64,000 nucleotides of DNA from Mesotaenium endlicherianum (taxonomy: Eukaryota), in contig WELA01000930.1 in the NCBI GenBank assembly GCA_009602735.1, positions 1 to 64,000 on the forward strand, given 5' to 3'. Below the pieces are notes generated by a model that was given only the letters and a program-made list of their open reading frames with translations, had not been told where the DNA came from and searched no databases. The position numbers were made by a program, and so were the translations under genes. This document shows, one piece after another, positions 9,104-18,933 of the stretch. How positions within the stretch are numbered: position 1 is the first letter of the stretch; the number at the start of each line of letters is the position of its first letter.

Positions 9104-10165
9104 ATGCAGGAACAGGCAGGCCCATCATCCATACGCTTAAAAGTGAAGCAGGTCATTCGTGAGACAAAGGATACCCGCTCTTTTATTTTAGAGACTATAG
9201 GAGATGTGCCCTTGCAATACATGCCAGGCCAGTTCCTTACTTTTCTTTTCAGGCAGAGCGGTGGTGCGGAAGCGAGGCGTAGTTATTCCCTTTCTTCAAC
9301 ACCTTTATTGAACGAGCCACTGATGATCACTGTTAAGCGCACAACAAACGGTGAATACTCCCGAAGACTGGTTGATAAAACGAAAGAAGGCGATGAATTG
9401 CTTACGATAGGCGCTTCTGGTTTCTTTACTTTACCAGCAAGGTGGCACCAATACGGGCAACTGATCTTTTTTGCGGCAGGTAGTGGTATTTCACCGGTCT
9501 ATGCGCTTATCAAGACCGTATTGTACAGCAACGACACACTTCGTGTTGTATTGATTTACAGTAACCGTTCTCCCGAAACCACCATATTCTACGAATCGCT
9601 GAAAGCATTGCAGCAGGCTTTTCCGGGAAGGTTTCAGGTGATCTTTTTATTCAGCACGGTTGCCGATCTTTCTAAAGCAAGATTGAATGTAGATCTCCTG
9701 CATCGATTGTTTGGTAGTCAACCTACTGAGCAATTGGGAAAGCAATTGTTCTACTTATGTGGTCCCTTTGAATATATGCGCATGATCACCATTGCATTGC
9801 AAGGTCACGGTGTGCCGCCGGCCAATATCCGAAAGGAAATATTCAATGTAGAGAAGCCACAGAAAAGGCCTGCCCCTCCCGATACGAAGCCACACCAGGT
9901 AAAGCTTTTGCTGGCAGGCAAGGAATATCAATTCGAAGTGCAATACCCTGTTACCATTTTACAAGCAGCCAAATCGTTGCAAATACCTGTTCCTTACAGT
10001 TGCGAAAGCGGCCAATGTGGAACCTGTGCTGCTACTTGCCTGGAAGGAAAGGTTTGGATGTGGCACAATGATGTGTTGTTAGACGATGAGGTAGCCAGCG
10101 GAAGAACGCTCACTTGTACCGGATATCCAGTAGGAGGAGATGTATTGTTGCATGTAGGAACTTAA
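9104..10165 (+). CDS. Ferredoxin-NAD(P) reductase with C-terminal 2Fe-2S domain (PaaE/KshB-like)
   Basis: RSYSLSS (FAD), AAGSGISP (NAD), YLCGP, and the 2Fe-2S motif CESGQCGTC...C. Confidence 0.88.
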   Translation: MQEQAGPSSIRLKVKQVIRETKDTRSFILETIGDVPLQYMPGQFLTFLFRQSGGAEARRSYSLSSTPLLNEPLMITVKRTTNGEYSRRLVDKTKEGDELLTIGASGFFTLPARWHQYGQLIFFAAGSGISPVYALIKTVLYSNDTLRVVLIYSNRSPETTIFYESLKALQQAFPGRFQVIFLFSTVADLSKARLNVDLLHRLFGSQPTEQLGKQLFYLCGPFEYMRMITIALQGHGVPPANIRKEIFNVEKPQKRPAPPDTKPHQVKLLLAGKEYQFEVQYPVTILQAAKSLQIPVPYSCESGQCGTCAATCLEGKVWMWHNDVLLDDEVASGRTLTCTGYPVGGDVLLHVGT

Positions 10166-11871
10166 TGATGTTCCGGGTTGCTTAGATTGAGATCGATGAC
10201 TTTCAACTGCAAATGCTTCTCCCCATTCCATTCATTTTCATCGATGGTGAAAACTATGTCGACAGGTGCGTTCATCTGCAACAAATGGAATTTGGAAGCC
10301 AGGTTGAATCCAATGCCGGTGAAACTGATCCTTTCCTGTTTTACTACAAAGCGGATATGGTGTTCTTTTACAACACGCGAATAACCTGTATCGGTTACGC
10401 GACGGGCAATGAATACGGGCCGCGCATTATCGGGCCCGAAAGGCTCCATCTGTTCCAGTATTTTATAAAGCGATGGAGTGATCTCTGAAAAACGAATGGC
10501 TGCATCAATGACAATCTCCGGTATCAACAAATCATCAGTGATCTGAGCGGCCACTACTTTCTCGAATGCTTCTGAGAAAGGCTGCACATTTTCAGGCAGC
10601 AAAGTCATGCCGGCAGCAGCAAAATGTCCGCCATATCCCAGCAGGTATTCGCGGCAGGCATAGATGGCTTCATAAAGATTGAAACCAGCCACGCTTCTGG
10701 CGCTGCCGGCAACATAATCACCACTGCGTGTGAGTACCACAGTGGGACGATAATATTTTTCAATGAGTCTGCTCGCTACGATACCCACTACACCTTTGTG
10801 CCAATGCTCCTGGTATACGACAGTCGTTTTCCTCTGCAGGTTTTTCTCATCGTTTTCGATCACCGCTAATGCTTCTTCGGTAATGGTGCTGTCGGCTTCC
10901 CGGCGATCGGCATTATCGTTGTGCAACATTTCGGCATAACCAAGCGCAGTTTGGTAATCCTGTTCAATGAAGAGTTGTACGGCTTTCCGTGCATCGTCCA
11001 TCCTTCCCGCTGCATTGACCCTGGGTGCAATCACAAAAACGAGGTTATTGATAGATAGCGGTTTGCTGATACCTGCCAACTGCATGAGTGCCCGTATCCC
11101 GTTATTTGGTGATTCATTCACCTGCCTGAGTCCGTAAAAAGTCAAGGTCCTGTTCTCTCCGGTGATGGGTACAATGTCAGCCGCGATAGCGGTAGCCACC
11201 AGGTCGAGATAGGGGAGATAAGTATCGGCAGGCAGCGATAGTTTTTCACTCAAAGCCATCATCAGCTTGAATCCTACGCCGCAGCCGCAAAGTTCTTTAT
11301 AAGGATAAGGGCAGTCGGCTTGTTTGGGGTTGAGTATGGCTGCCGCTGCAGGTAATACCGGTCCTGGCAAATGGTGGTCGCAAATGACAAAATCGATGCC
11401 CAGTGTTTGTGCATATTCAACCAGTTCTACCGACTTGATTCCACAGTCAAGCGAAATGATCAGTGTAAACCCTTTTTCTTTTGCAAGATCGATACCCGGT
11501 TGTGAAATGCCATAACCTTCACGGTAACGATGTGGAATATAAAAATCTATGCGGTCATAAATAGTATGAAGATAGCGAAAAAGACAGGCTACGGCAGTAG
11601 TTCCATCTACATCATAATCGCCGTAAACCATGATTTTTTCATGACGTTCAAAAGCCAGCATGATACGGTCAACGGCTTTCTGCATGTCTTTCATCAGCCA
11701 GGGACTGTGCAGGTCTGATAGCTGGGGACGGAAATATTGTTTTGCTTTATTAAAGTCATCGATGCCGCGCTGCACCAGTATACCACAGAGCGTCTGATTG
11801 ATTTTCAGCGCTTCATGGAGTGCCAAAGTTTTGGCCTCATCCTGCTTCGCTATTTGCCATCGTTTCTGCAT
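10162..11871 (-). CDS. recJ: Single-stranded-DNA-specific exonuclease RecJ
   Basis: YGDYDVDG, SLDCG, CDHH, PRVNAAGR, GGHFAAAG, EPFGPDN. The ATG overlaps the upstream TGA. Confidence 0.96.
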   Translation of the reverse strand: MQKRWQIAKQDEAKTLALHEALKINQTLCGILVQRGIDDFNKAKQYFRPQLSDLHSPWLMKDMQKAVDRIMLAFERHEKIMVYGDYDVDGTTAVACLFRYLHTIYDRIDFYIPHRYREGYGISQPGIDLAKEKGFTLIISLDCGIKSVELVEYAQTLGIDFVICDHHLPGPVLPAAAAILNPKQADCPYPYKELCGCGVGFKLMMALSEKLSLPADTYLPYLDLVATAIAADIVPITGENRTLTFYGLRQVNESPNNGIRALMQLAGISKPLSINNLVFVIAPRVNAAGRMDDARKAVQLFIEQDYQTALGYAEMLHNDNADRREADSTITEEALAVIENDEKNLQRKTTVVYQEHWHKGVVGIVASRLIEKYYRPTVVLTRSGDYVAGSARSVAGFNLYEAIYACREYLLGYGGHFAAAGMTLLPENVQPFSEAFEKVVAAQITDDLLIPEIVIDAAIRFSEITPSLYKILEQMEPFGPDNARPVFIARRVTDTGYSRVVKEHHIRFVVKQERISFTGIGFNLASKFHLLQMNAPVDIVFTIDENEWNGEKHLQLKVIDLNLSNPEHH

Positions 11872-12833
11872 CAATATTCCCGGTCTGTGGTATAACGCAC
11901 CAGCTCTTCAAGTGCGCTTCGCACAGGCGATTCGGGAAATTCGTGCAGAATGGCCAGGGCCTCATTGCGGTAGCTCAGCATTTTTTCCGTAGCATACCGG
12001 ATACCGCCTGACTGGGTAACCGCGTCGATGACGAATTTCACTTTATCTTTTTGCTGGTTCTCGTTCCTGATGATGTAAATAAGTTTTTTCTTCAGTTCTT
12101 TTTCGCAATGATTGAGGGTATAGATCAAAGGCAGGGTCAGTTTTTTTTCTTTGATGTCGTTACCGGTGGGCTTGCCTATATCCTGGCTGCCATAATCGAA
12201 CAGATCATCTTTTATCTGGAAGGCCATGCCCACTTTTTCACCAAAAAGCCTCATTTTTTCAACAGGTACCGGCGAATCGAAGGTAGTAGAAGCGCCGGCC
12301 GCACAAGCCGATGCCAGCAAAGAGGCGGTTTTGCCGTTAATAATTTCGTAATAAGTGGCTTCTTCCAGGTTAAGTTTTCGTGACTTCTCCATCTGCAACA
12401 GTTCTCCTTCGCTCATTAGTCTTACTGCTTCGGTGAGGATTTCCAATACACGATGATCTTTATTATTGAGTGACAGGAGGAGCCCTTTCGACAGCAAATA
12501 ATCTCCTACCAACACGGCTATTTTGTTTTTCCAAAGCGCATTAATGGAAAAAAATCCCCTTCTTTCCAGGGCATCATCTACTACATCGTCGTGCACCAGG
12601 GTGGCGGTATGGAGCAGTTCAACCAGGGAGGCGGCGCGGTAGCTGCTATCGTTGATATCCCCGCCCAGCTTGGCACTCAGGAGTACGAACATAGGCCGGA
12701 GTTGCTTCCCTTTACGCTTTACTATATACTGCATGATCCGGTCCAGCAGGGCAACCCGGCTCTTCACAGCTTCCCTGAAATGGGATTCAAACCTTACCAA
12801 TTCCTCTGATATGACCTGTTTTGCTAAATTCAT
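11871..12833 (-). CDS. ispB: Polyprenyl diphosphate synthase (IspB-like)
   Basis: GKQLRP, ELLHTATLVHDDVVD, FQIKDDLFD (two DDxxD motifs). Confidence 0.9.
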   Translation of the reverse strand: MNLAKQVISEELVRFESHFREAVKSRVALLDRIMQYIVKRKGKQLRPMFVLLSAKLGGDINDSSYRAASLVELLHTATLVHDDVVDDALERRGFFSINALWKNKIAVLVGDYLLSKGLLLSLNNKDHRVLEILTEAVRLMSEGELLQMEKSRKLNLEEATYYEIINGKTASLLASACAAGASTTFDSPVPVEKMRLFGEKVGMAFQIKDDLFDYGSQDIGKPTGNDIKEKKLTLPLIYTLNHCEKELKKKLIYIIRNENQQKDKVKFVIDAVTQSGGIRYATEKMLSYRNEALAILHEFPESPVRSALEELVRYTTDREY

Positions 12834-13056
12834 TGTCCAAATATGCTGCAATATAGCAGGATAGATACAATATCAGATACAATAAACAGGGGTCAGGCAG
12901 CGTTATTTACTTTATAAATGTCTGTAAACCTGTTCGATGGCCCTTTTGGCTGTGAATAAAAAAAACCTGATAAAAGTTGGATGAATGTCATATACAGCAT
13001 ATTTTTGTCATGTTTTACTTGAGATCGGTTAAATTCTTAAATATCAATTATATCTT

Positions 13057-14592
13057 ATGGCAAGCAAAAAGTTACTTTCAGCCGCAGCGCTGGTCCTGCT
13101 GTTACAGTCGGTCGGTATTGCTCAGACGGATTGGGGTTGGGATTGGAAAGACACATCTAAAATCGCTGTGAAAAACCTTCCACAACACAATGAATTTCTG
13201 AACAATCAATACCCGTACCCGGCGCAGCCCCGTTCTCAGTGGGAACTGGGATTTGGTGCAGGCCCCTCTTTCATTTTCGGAGAGGTAAAAAGTAAAGTAG
13301 GATTTGGTGGTACTATCTCTTTGAGAAAGGCCTTCAGTCATACTTTCTCTTACAGAATTAATTACACTGGTCTGTTGAATTCCGGTGAACCTACTGTTTA
13401 TGGCACTTCTGTTGGTCAGTATGCCTACAAGAGCCAAACACATTCACTGGGTGTAGACCTGATCGCTTCTTTGAACTCCGCCAGTCACTACAGGGGCAAC
13501 CCCAAGACCAACATTTATGTGTTGGCTGGTTACAGCCTGGTAGGGCACAGGGTATTGTATAAGAAACCTGTTGGACCTTTCGCCCAGCCTGGTGGCTACA
13601 ACACCTATTATGGTATTGGCGATCCTAACTCACAGAATGGTCTGATCAACACTTGGTTTGGTGCCAACATTAACGGCAGACAAGGTTGGGCAATTATGCA
13701 CATGGCTACTGCCGGTGCAGGTGTTGCTTTCAAGCTGAACAAGCAGGTTAATCTGGGTCTTGAACAGAAGTTCTACATGGCCGTTCCTGGTTATGATTAC
13801 CTCGACGGTTACAAAGGTGCTAACAGTACTAAAAACGACTTCATCTCTTTCACTACTGCCCGTTTGAACATCAACATCGGCAACACTTCTAAGAGAGTGG
13901 AACCTTTGTGGTGGCTCAACCCCAACAACTATGTATACAACGAGCTGAACTCACCCAAGCACATGAAGATGCCTCCGGTGGTTCTGCCTGACTCTGATGG
14001 TGATGGTGTTACAGATCAGTTCGACCTGGAACCCAACACGCCCAAAGGTGCACGTGTTGATACACATGGCAGAGCAATGGATACTGATGGTGATGGTGTT
14101 CCTGATTACAGGGATAAAGAGCCGCTGACTCCGCTTAACTGCTTCCCTGTGAATGCTGATGGCGTAGGTACTTGTCCTGAGCCTGCATGCTGCAAAGAAA
14201 TCAAAGACATGATGGCTAACATGAAAGCTGCTAAAGCTGAGTGCACCATCGGTGGATTGCCCAGCATCCAGTTCAAAGGAGCAAGCGCTAAACTGTCTAA
14301 AGAAGCACAAGCTTTACTGGCTGATGCAGCTGTTAAGATCAACGCTAATCCTAACTGTAAAGTAAAAGTGATCGGTTACGGTGCTTCAAGCAAAGCTGCT
14401 CAACAGCTGAGCTGGGAGCGTGTAAACGCTGTGATCAAATACCTGGTTGAAAAGCAAGGTGTTGCTGAAAGCAGGTTCATCTTCACTTATGGTCAGAATG
14501 GCGATGCCAACACTGTTGACCTCCAGGGTACAACTGAAGAAGGTCCTAATTCAGTACCGGCTCCTCACCCTAACCTGAAAAGCAGAAAATAA
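13057..14592 (+). CDS. OmpA-family outer membrane protein with TSP3-like Ca-binding repeats
   Basis: Signal peptide, beta-barrel, DSDGDGVTDQFD/DTDGDGVPDYRD repeats, OmpA-C motif LSWERVNAVIKYL. Confidence 0.88.
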   Translation: MASKKLLSAAALVLLLQSVGIAQTDWGWDWKDTSKIAVKNLPQHNEFLNNQYPYPAQPRSQWELGFGAGPSFIFGEVKSKVGFGGTISLRKAFSHTFSYRINYTGLLNSGEPTVYGTSVGQYAYKSQTHSLGVDLIASLNSASHYRGNPKTNIYVLAGYSLVGHRVLYKKPVGPFAQPGGYNTYYGIGDPNSQNGLINTWFGANINGRQGWAIMHMATAGAGVAFKLNKQVNLGLEQKFYMAVPGYDYLDGYKGANSTKNDFISFTTARLNINIGNTSKRVEPLWWLNPNNYVYNELNSPKHMKMPPVVLPDSDGDGVTDQFDLEPNTPKGARVDTHGRAMDTDGDGVPDYRDKEPLTPLNCFPVNADGVGTCPEPACCKEIKDMMANMKAAKAECTIGGLPSIQFKGASAKLSKEAQALLADAAVKINANPNCKVKVIGYGASSKAAQQLSWERVNAVIKYLVEKQGVAESRFIFTYGQNGDANTVDLQGTTEEGPNSVPAPHPNLKSRK

Positions 14593-14625
14593 TCTGAACG
14601 GTTCCTACCGTAAGGATTAAAAATA

Positions 14626-14661
14626 AAAGCCCCGTATCGTAAGATGCGGGGCTTTCTTTTT
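14626..14661. terminator. Likely bidirectional terminator between ompA and the HAD gene
   Basis: AAAGCCCCGTATC/GATGCGGGGCTTT stem flanked by A and T runs. Confidence 0.8.
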
Positions 14662-14690
14662 GTGAAGATGTATTTGATAAGTAGTATGTC

Positions 14691-15350
14691 TTAACTGAGC
14701 AGTCCAAAATGTAACTCGCCAAAATTCTGAAGCGAAGACAAACGTAAATCGGCCGCGCCCCATTTTTCTTCTTTTAATTCTGCAGCGGCGGGTACTACCA
14801 CGCATTTCATACGTGCTGCCTTGGCAGCAATCAATCCGTTGAAAGAATCTTCGAAACAAAGACAGGCAGTAGGATGGCTATTCAGTTCCTGTGCACAGTT
14901 GAGGTATACTTGCGGATGAGGTTTACCGTAATCGAGTAATTCGGCAGAACAGGCAGCGGAAAGAACATCTTTTATACCAGTCATGCGCACCACCAACTCA
15001 ATCAATTCCGGTGGTGAAGAAGTAGCCAGACCGATCTTGAATTCTTTTTTTAGGAAAAAATCAAAAATATAAGGTACACCCTGCATCACCCGTCCTTTGC
15101 GCTCAATTTTATCAAGTACAAGTGAAATGATCTTTTTTTCTGCCCGTAATTGTTCAGAAGGGTCGATTTTGAACCAGGCCAGCCACCATTGTACAAACTC
15201 TCTCGTACGCAAGCCGGTAGTGCTTTTGTATTGTTCATCGGTAAAGGATACGCTATAAGCTGCAAATACTTCTGATGCTGCTTCATTCCATAGTGGCTCG
15301 CTGTCGATCAGCAAACCGTCGATATCGAAAATAACGCTTGTTAACTGCAT
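14691..15350 (-). CDS. HAD-family hexitol/2-deoxyglucose-6-phosphate phosphatase (HxpB-like)
   Basis: FDIDGLLIDSEPLW, GKPHP, FEDS. Confidence 0.85.
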   Translation of the reverse strand: MQLTSVIFDIDGLLIDSEPLWNEAASEVFAAYSVSFTDEQYKSTTGLRTREFVQWWLAWFKIDPSEQLRAEKKIISLVLDKIERKGRVMQGVPYIFDFFLKKEFKIGLATSSPPELIELVVRMTGIKDVLSAACSAELLDYGKPHPQVYLNCAQELNSHPTACLCFEDSFNGLIAAKAARMKCVVVPAAAELKEEKWGAADLRLSSLQNFGELHFGLLS

Positions 15351-15367
15351 AATAAATTATTGAGGAG

Positions 15368-15375
15368 CAAAAGTA
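15368..15375 (-). promoter_or_regulatory. -7 box for the HAD phosphatase gene
   Basis: TACTTTTG on the - strand, 17 nt upstream of the ATG. Confidence 0.6.
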
Positions 15376-15424
15376 TTGGTAGCAAAGCATAGATGCGTAG
15401 AACAAGCTGCTATTTTATCATAAC

Positions 15425-17401
15425 TTATTTACTCATGGCGAGCCTGAACCCGGTGGCATTGTTGCTGAAATCCAACTCATGTCCTTCGCGGTTGGATATG
15501 CGAGACGACCAGGATGATTGCATGAAGGAGCCGCCACGCAATACTTTTTGCGCACTTAACTCAGGGCCTATGGGATTGACACGTGTGCTATGGGAAAAAT
15601 AATCCTCTGCATAATAATCACTGCACCATTCCGATACGTTGCCACTCATATCGTAAAGACCCAACGGATTGGGCTTCTTACCACCAACCGGTGATGTTTT
15701 ATTGGCATTGTCTTTATACCACGCCACTTCGTTGGCATCCCTGCTGCCGGCATAGTAATATGATTTGTCTTCCAGCTTTCCACCTCTTGCGGCATACTCC
15801 CATTCGGCTTCTGTAGGCAGCCTGAATTTTTTGTTGGATAGTTTATTAAGCCGTTCAATGAAATCGTTCGCTGCTTTCCAACTGATCATTTCTACGGGAC
15901 AATTGGGACAATCCTTGAAGAAACTGGGATTATCGTCTTCCATAACCGCCGCCCAAATATGTTGTGTGAGTTCATACTTACTGATATAGAAACTATCCAC
16001 TGTAACAGTAATGGCCGGCTTTTCCCGTGTAGAACAACTCACGCCTACTTCATTGGTACAACCCATCGTAAACTGTCCGCCTTCTACCAATACCATGCTG
16101 CTGTCGAGCTCCTGCAAGGCCGCTGAAAGTGCTGCCGTACCATCATCAACATCATAATTGTTTGCTTTGAGCAGGGCCATAACTTCAGACCGGCTGCCGA
16201 ATTTGGTAAGTAACACCTTGAGTTGTTTTTTCTTTTCTATCCGGCTCATGATTGCAGGAAAGAACCGGGCTCCTTTTTCGATGAACAATTTGATCACATC
16301 GGTATCTGCATTGATGCATGCATGCGCCAGGGGTGTGGCGTAAATCTCTTTATTTTCTGCAAACCGGCCGCCGTAATTGTTGACGCCCACGCCGTGTTCA
16401 AAGAGGTAACGAAAAACAGTGGTATCGCTTTTTACATCGAGTGCATAATCGATGATCCTTTTGCCGCCGATGATCGCTTCTTCCAGGCTGTCTTTCCGGA
16501 TAAAAAAACCAATATCGCTGCTTCGCGATGCCTTCAATGCAATTTCGATATTATCGCTTAGCGGCGCTTTACCTGCCTGAACGGCATCAATGAAACGGTA
16601 AGATTCGTCCCTCGTGATCTTGTCCTGGTCAATTTTGATCTCTTTGAAGAAACGATCCCGTTCATCTTTCATGGTGAAAGCCACTGCAGAATCGGAATAG
16701 TTTTTAACCAGTGATGCCAGTTGATTCTTATCGTTCAGAAAAAGATCCCTGGATTTCAATACCTGGTCAGTAATACCGCTTTCGCCTTTCCTGATCTTTA
16801 TTATCAGCGTTTGCAACGCGGTTTTATCATTGAAAATTTGTTTGATCCAATCCCTGATGCGGCCCTCTGCTTCATTTAAAGAAGCAATATGTTGTTGTTT
16901 GAGCGCTTCCTGTGCTTCTTTTATCCTGCGCAATTCTTCGAGCTTTTCCTGGTGTAACTGATCATCTTTAACAGGGGTATCATCTACTTCCGGAAAAGTA
17001 ATAACGATATTACGCCCTGCGTCTTTATCCTGCACAACGAAAGAAGTATCGTACTGTGTTCCCTGTCCATCACTGAGTGAAATGCGCATTTCATCTGTAT
17101 TGTTGAGCGGGACCCGTTTAGACATCCCAGCCTTGATCTTACCTGCTTCGCTCTCATTGATACTTACGTTGATGGTAGTGCTTTTGCTGGCCTTGAGTAC
17201 CAGGTAAGCAAATGCACCTTCTTTTTTCTCTTCATTATCATCCCGGAATTTTACCTGCGGTTTAGTACCTGTTTTTTTCTTCGAATCAGTACCTGTCTTG
17301 GTATTGGTAGGGGCTTTGATGAGCTGGGCAGCAGCATCCATGACCATCACACAGGCAGCCAGTAAGAAAATGGATTTGAGTAAACAGCGCTTCATAAGCA
17401 T
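15425..17401 (-). CDS. Secreted protein: coiled-coil, ankyrin-like repeats and C-terminal FGE-sulfatase (SUMF1/CLec-fold) domain
   Basis: Signal peptide (..MDAAAQ); TPLAHAC..DVIKLFIEKGA ankyrin-like; GGQFTMG, RLPTEAEWEYAARGG, NPLGLYDMSGNVSEWC, RGGS, GFRLA. Confidence 0.82.
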   Translation of the reverse strand: MLMKRCLLKSIFLLAACVMVMDAAAQLIKAPTNTKTGTDSKKKTGTKPQVKFRDDNEEKKEGAFAYLVLKASKSTTINVSINESEAGKIKAGMSKRVPLNNTDEMRISLSDGQGTQYDTSFVVQDKDAGRNIVITFPEVDDTPVKDDQLHQEKLEELRRIKEAQEALKQQHIASLNEAEGRIRDWIKQIFNDKTALQTLIIKIRKGESGITDQVLKSRDLFLNDKNQLASLVKNYSDSAVAFTMKDERDRFFKEIKIDQDKITRDESYRFIDAVQAGKAPLSDNIEIALKASRSSDIGFFIRKDSLEEAIIGGKRIIDYALDVKSDTTVFRYLFEHGVGVNNYGGRFAENKEIYATPLAHACINADTDVIKLFIEKGARFFPAIMSRIEKKKQLKVLLTKFGSRSEVMALLKANNYDVDDGTAALSAALQELDSSMVLVEGGQFTMGCTNEVGVSCSTREKPAITVTVDSFYISKYELTQHIWAAVMEDDNPSFFKDCPNCPVEMISWKAANDFIERLNKLSNKKFRLPTEAEWEYAARGGKLEDKSYYYAGSRDANEVAWYKDNANKTSPVGGKKPNPLGLYDMSGNVSEWCSDYYAEDYFSHSTRVNPIGPELSAQKVLRGGSFMQSSWSSRISNREGHELDFSNNATGFRLAMSK

Positions 17402-17410
17402 GCAATCGGG

Positions 17411-18931
17411 TTATAGATAATTGTTCAGGTAAATATTGTCCAGCAAAGATTTTTGTTGCAGGAAATCGTATTTGTATCCCGATTCCTTGCGGATGAATTC
17501 GAATTTGATGTCACGGCCGTTTTCTGCATTTTTCAGTTTAATGCCAATGGTGCCATTCAACCTGTTTTCCACATTCACTTCCAGCAGAAATTCTGAGACC
17601 GGTCCAAAAGGCCCTGCTTTGATAGTGCCCAATTTGTGCAGGTCTTCCTGCGGATCCCAGAATTGACATAATTCAATCAAAACGAAATCGGTTTTGCTGG
17701 GGTTGATGCGATACACTTTTTTAGATGAAACAGGCAGGGGTATATTCCGGTGGATCAACAGATCGATTTGTTGCCTGTTGCTGTTCGATAATAATAAGCC
17801 AATATTATAGGTGCTAACACTTCTCAGCTCAATGGGTGTTACCAGCGAACTGCTGCCACTGCTGAACGAAGCAGCATAAAGGGCTGCACCTTTGGCCACG
17901 CTGCTTAAAGGCTGGTGATAAATGAGTTCCTGGTGCGGAGCGATCTTTTGCTTCCAGAAATTATACACCAGCTTGCTGCTCGATGTGCCGCCTATCAATA
18001 CCAGCTTACTGACATCGGTAAATTGCATACCGAGGGAACGCAAACACCTGTTGACGGCCTGTTCTGTTTTGGTAATGAGTTGGGTAGCTCTCGCAGCATA
18101 GCCGTCGTAATAGAAAGTAGATTCGAAAGCATCCCTGCCTATCATGATCCATTTACTGATATTGGCAGGAGTAGCTGCATCATTCAATTCTATTTTGATG
18201 TTTTCTGCAATTTTCTGAACACGGTTATTGGTGAGTTTATCGGAAGGGAAGGGTACGCCAAATGCTTTCTCATAGTCGGCCCGGATGGTTTCCTGTACAA
18301 TCTCATCGAACTCTTTTCCACCTAATTTGTTTACACCATCTTTGGCAATCACATTCAGTTGTGTGCCCGATTTGGTGATGAGTGTAAGGTCGAATGTGCC
18401 GCCGCCAAAATCATAAATGAGTATGATCTCTTCGTCTATTTTTTTGTTACTGCTCCCGTAAAACAGCGCTGCGGCCACGGGCTCTTCCACGATGGCGCTG
18501 AGCTCCAGTTCGGCCAGCCTGGCGGCTTCAATGACAGATTTCCTTTGCACATCGTTGTAATGGGCAGGCACCGTGATCACAGCCTGCTTGAAACCATCGG
18601 GCAGGTACAGCTCCGCATCGTTCTTCACTTTTCGAATAATCAGTGAGGCTACTGTTTCACTGAACCAGGCATTGTTGTCATCGTCGAAATAAACCGGGTC
18701 CTGCGTTCCGAAACTTCTTTTGAAATAGGAGATGATCTGTTTATCCGGCAATGATTCGTAAAGACTTTCTGCAAAGCCACCCGCATAAGCCCGGTTCCCT
18801 TCAATGATGGCAATGGAAGGTGTGATCTGCTGGTCTTTGTTGTTGGCGTCGGGTATCAGCACAGGGCTTCCATCCCTGCTGAGGGTGGCGGCTACTGTAT
18901 TGCTGGTTCCCAGGTCAATGCCCAATACCAT
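17411..18931 (-). CDS. Hsp70-family protein (non-canonical, short, no lid)
   Basis: GIDLGTSNT, VITVPAHYND, EEPVAAALFY, YDFGGGTFD, LGGKEFD, LIGGTS; 506 aa. Confidence 0.9.
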   Translation of the reverse strand: MVLGIDLGTSNTVAATLSRDGSPVLIPDANNKDQQITPSIAIIEGNRAYAGGFAESLYESLPDKQIISYFKRSFGTQDPVYFDDDNNAWFSETVASLIIRKVKNDAELYLPDGFKQAVITVPAHYNDVQRKSVIEAARLAELELSAIVEEPVAAALFYGSSNKKIDEEIILIYDFGGGTFDLTLITKSGTQLNVIAKDGVNKLGGKEFDEIVQETIRADYEKAFGVPFPSDKLTNNRVQKIAENIKIELNDAATPANISKWIMIGRDAFESTFYYDGYAARATQLITKTEQAVNRCLRSLGMQFTDVSKLVLIGGTSSSKLVYNFWKQKIAPHQELIYHQPLSSVAKGAALYAASFSSGSSSLVTPIELRSVSTYNIGLLLSNSNRQQIDLLIHRNIPLPVSSKKVYRINPSKTDFVLIELCQFWDPQEDLHKLGTIKAGPFGPVSEFLLEVNVENRLNGTIGIKLKNAENGRDIKFEFIRKESGYKYDFLQQKSLLDNIYLNNYL

Positions 18932-18933
18932 AG

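Noticed and set aside
12863..12884. AGATACAATA direct repeat in the ispB-ompA intergenic region
   Set aside because: Only two copies in AT-rich DNA, with no second occurrence noticed; insufficient support for a regulatory call.
17411..18931. Calling this gene dnaK
   Set aside because: It is too short, has a divergent linker and substrate domain, and has no grpE/dnaJ context.
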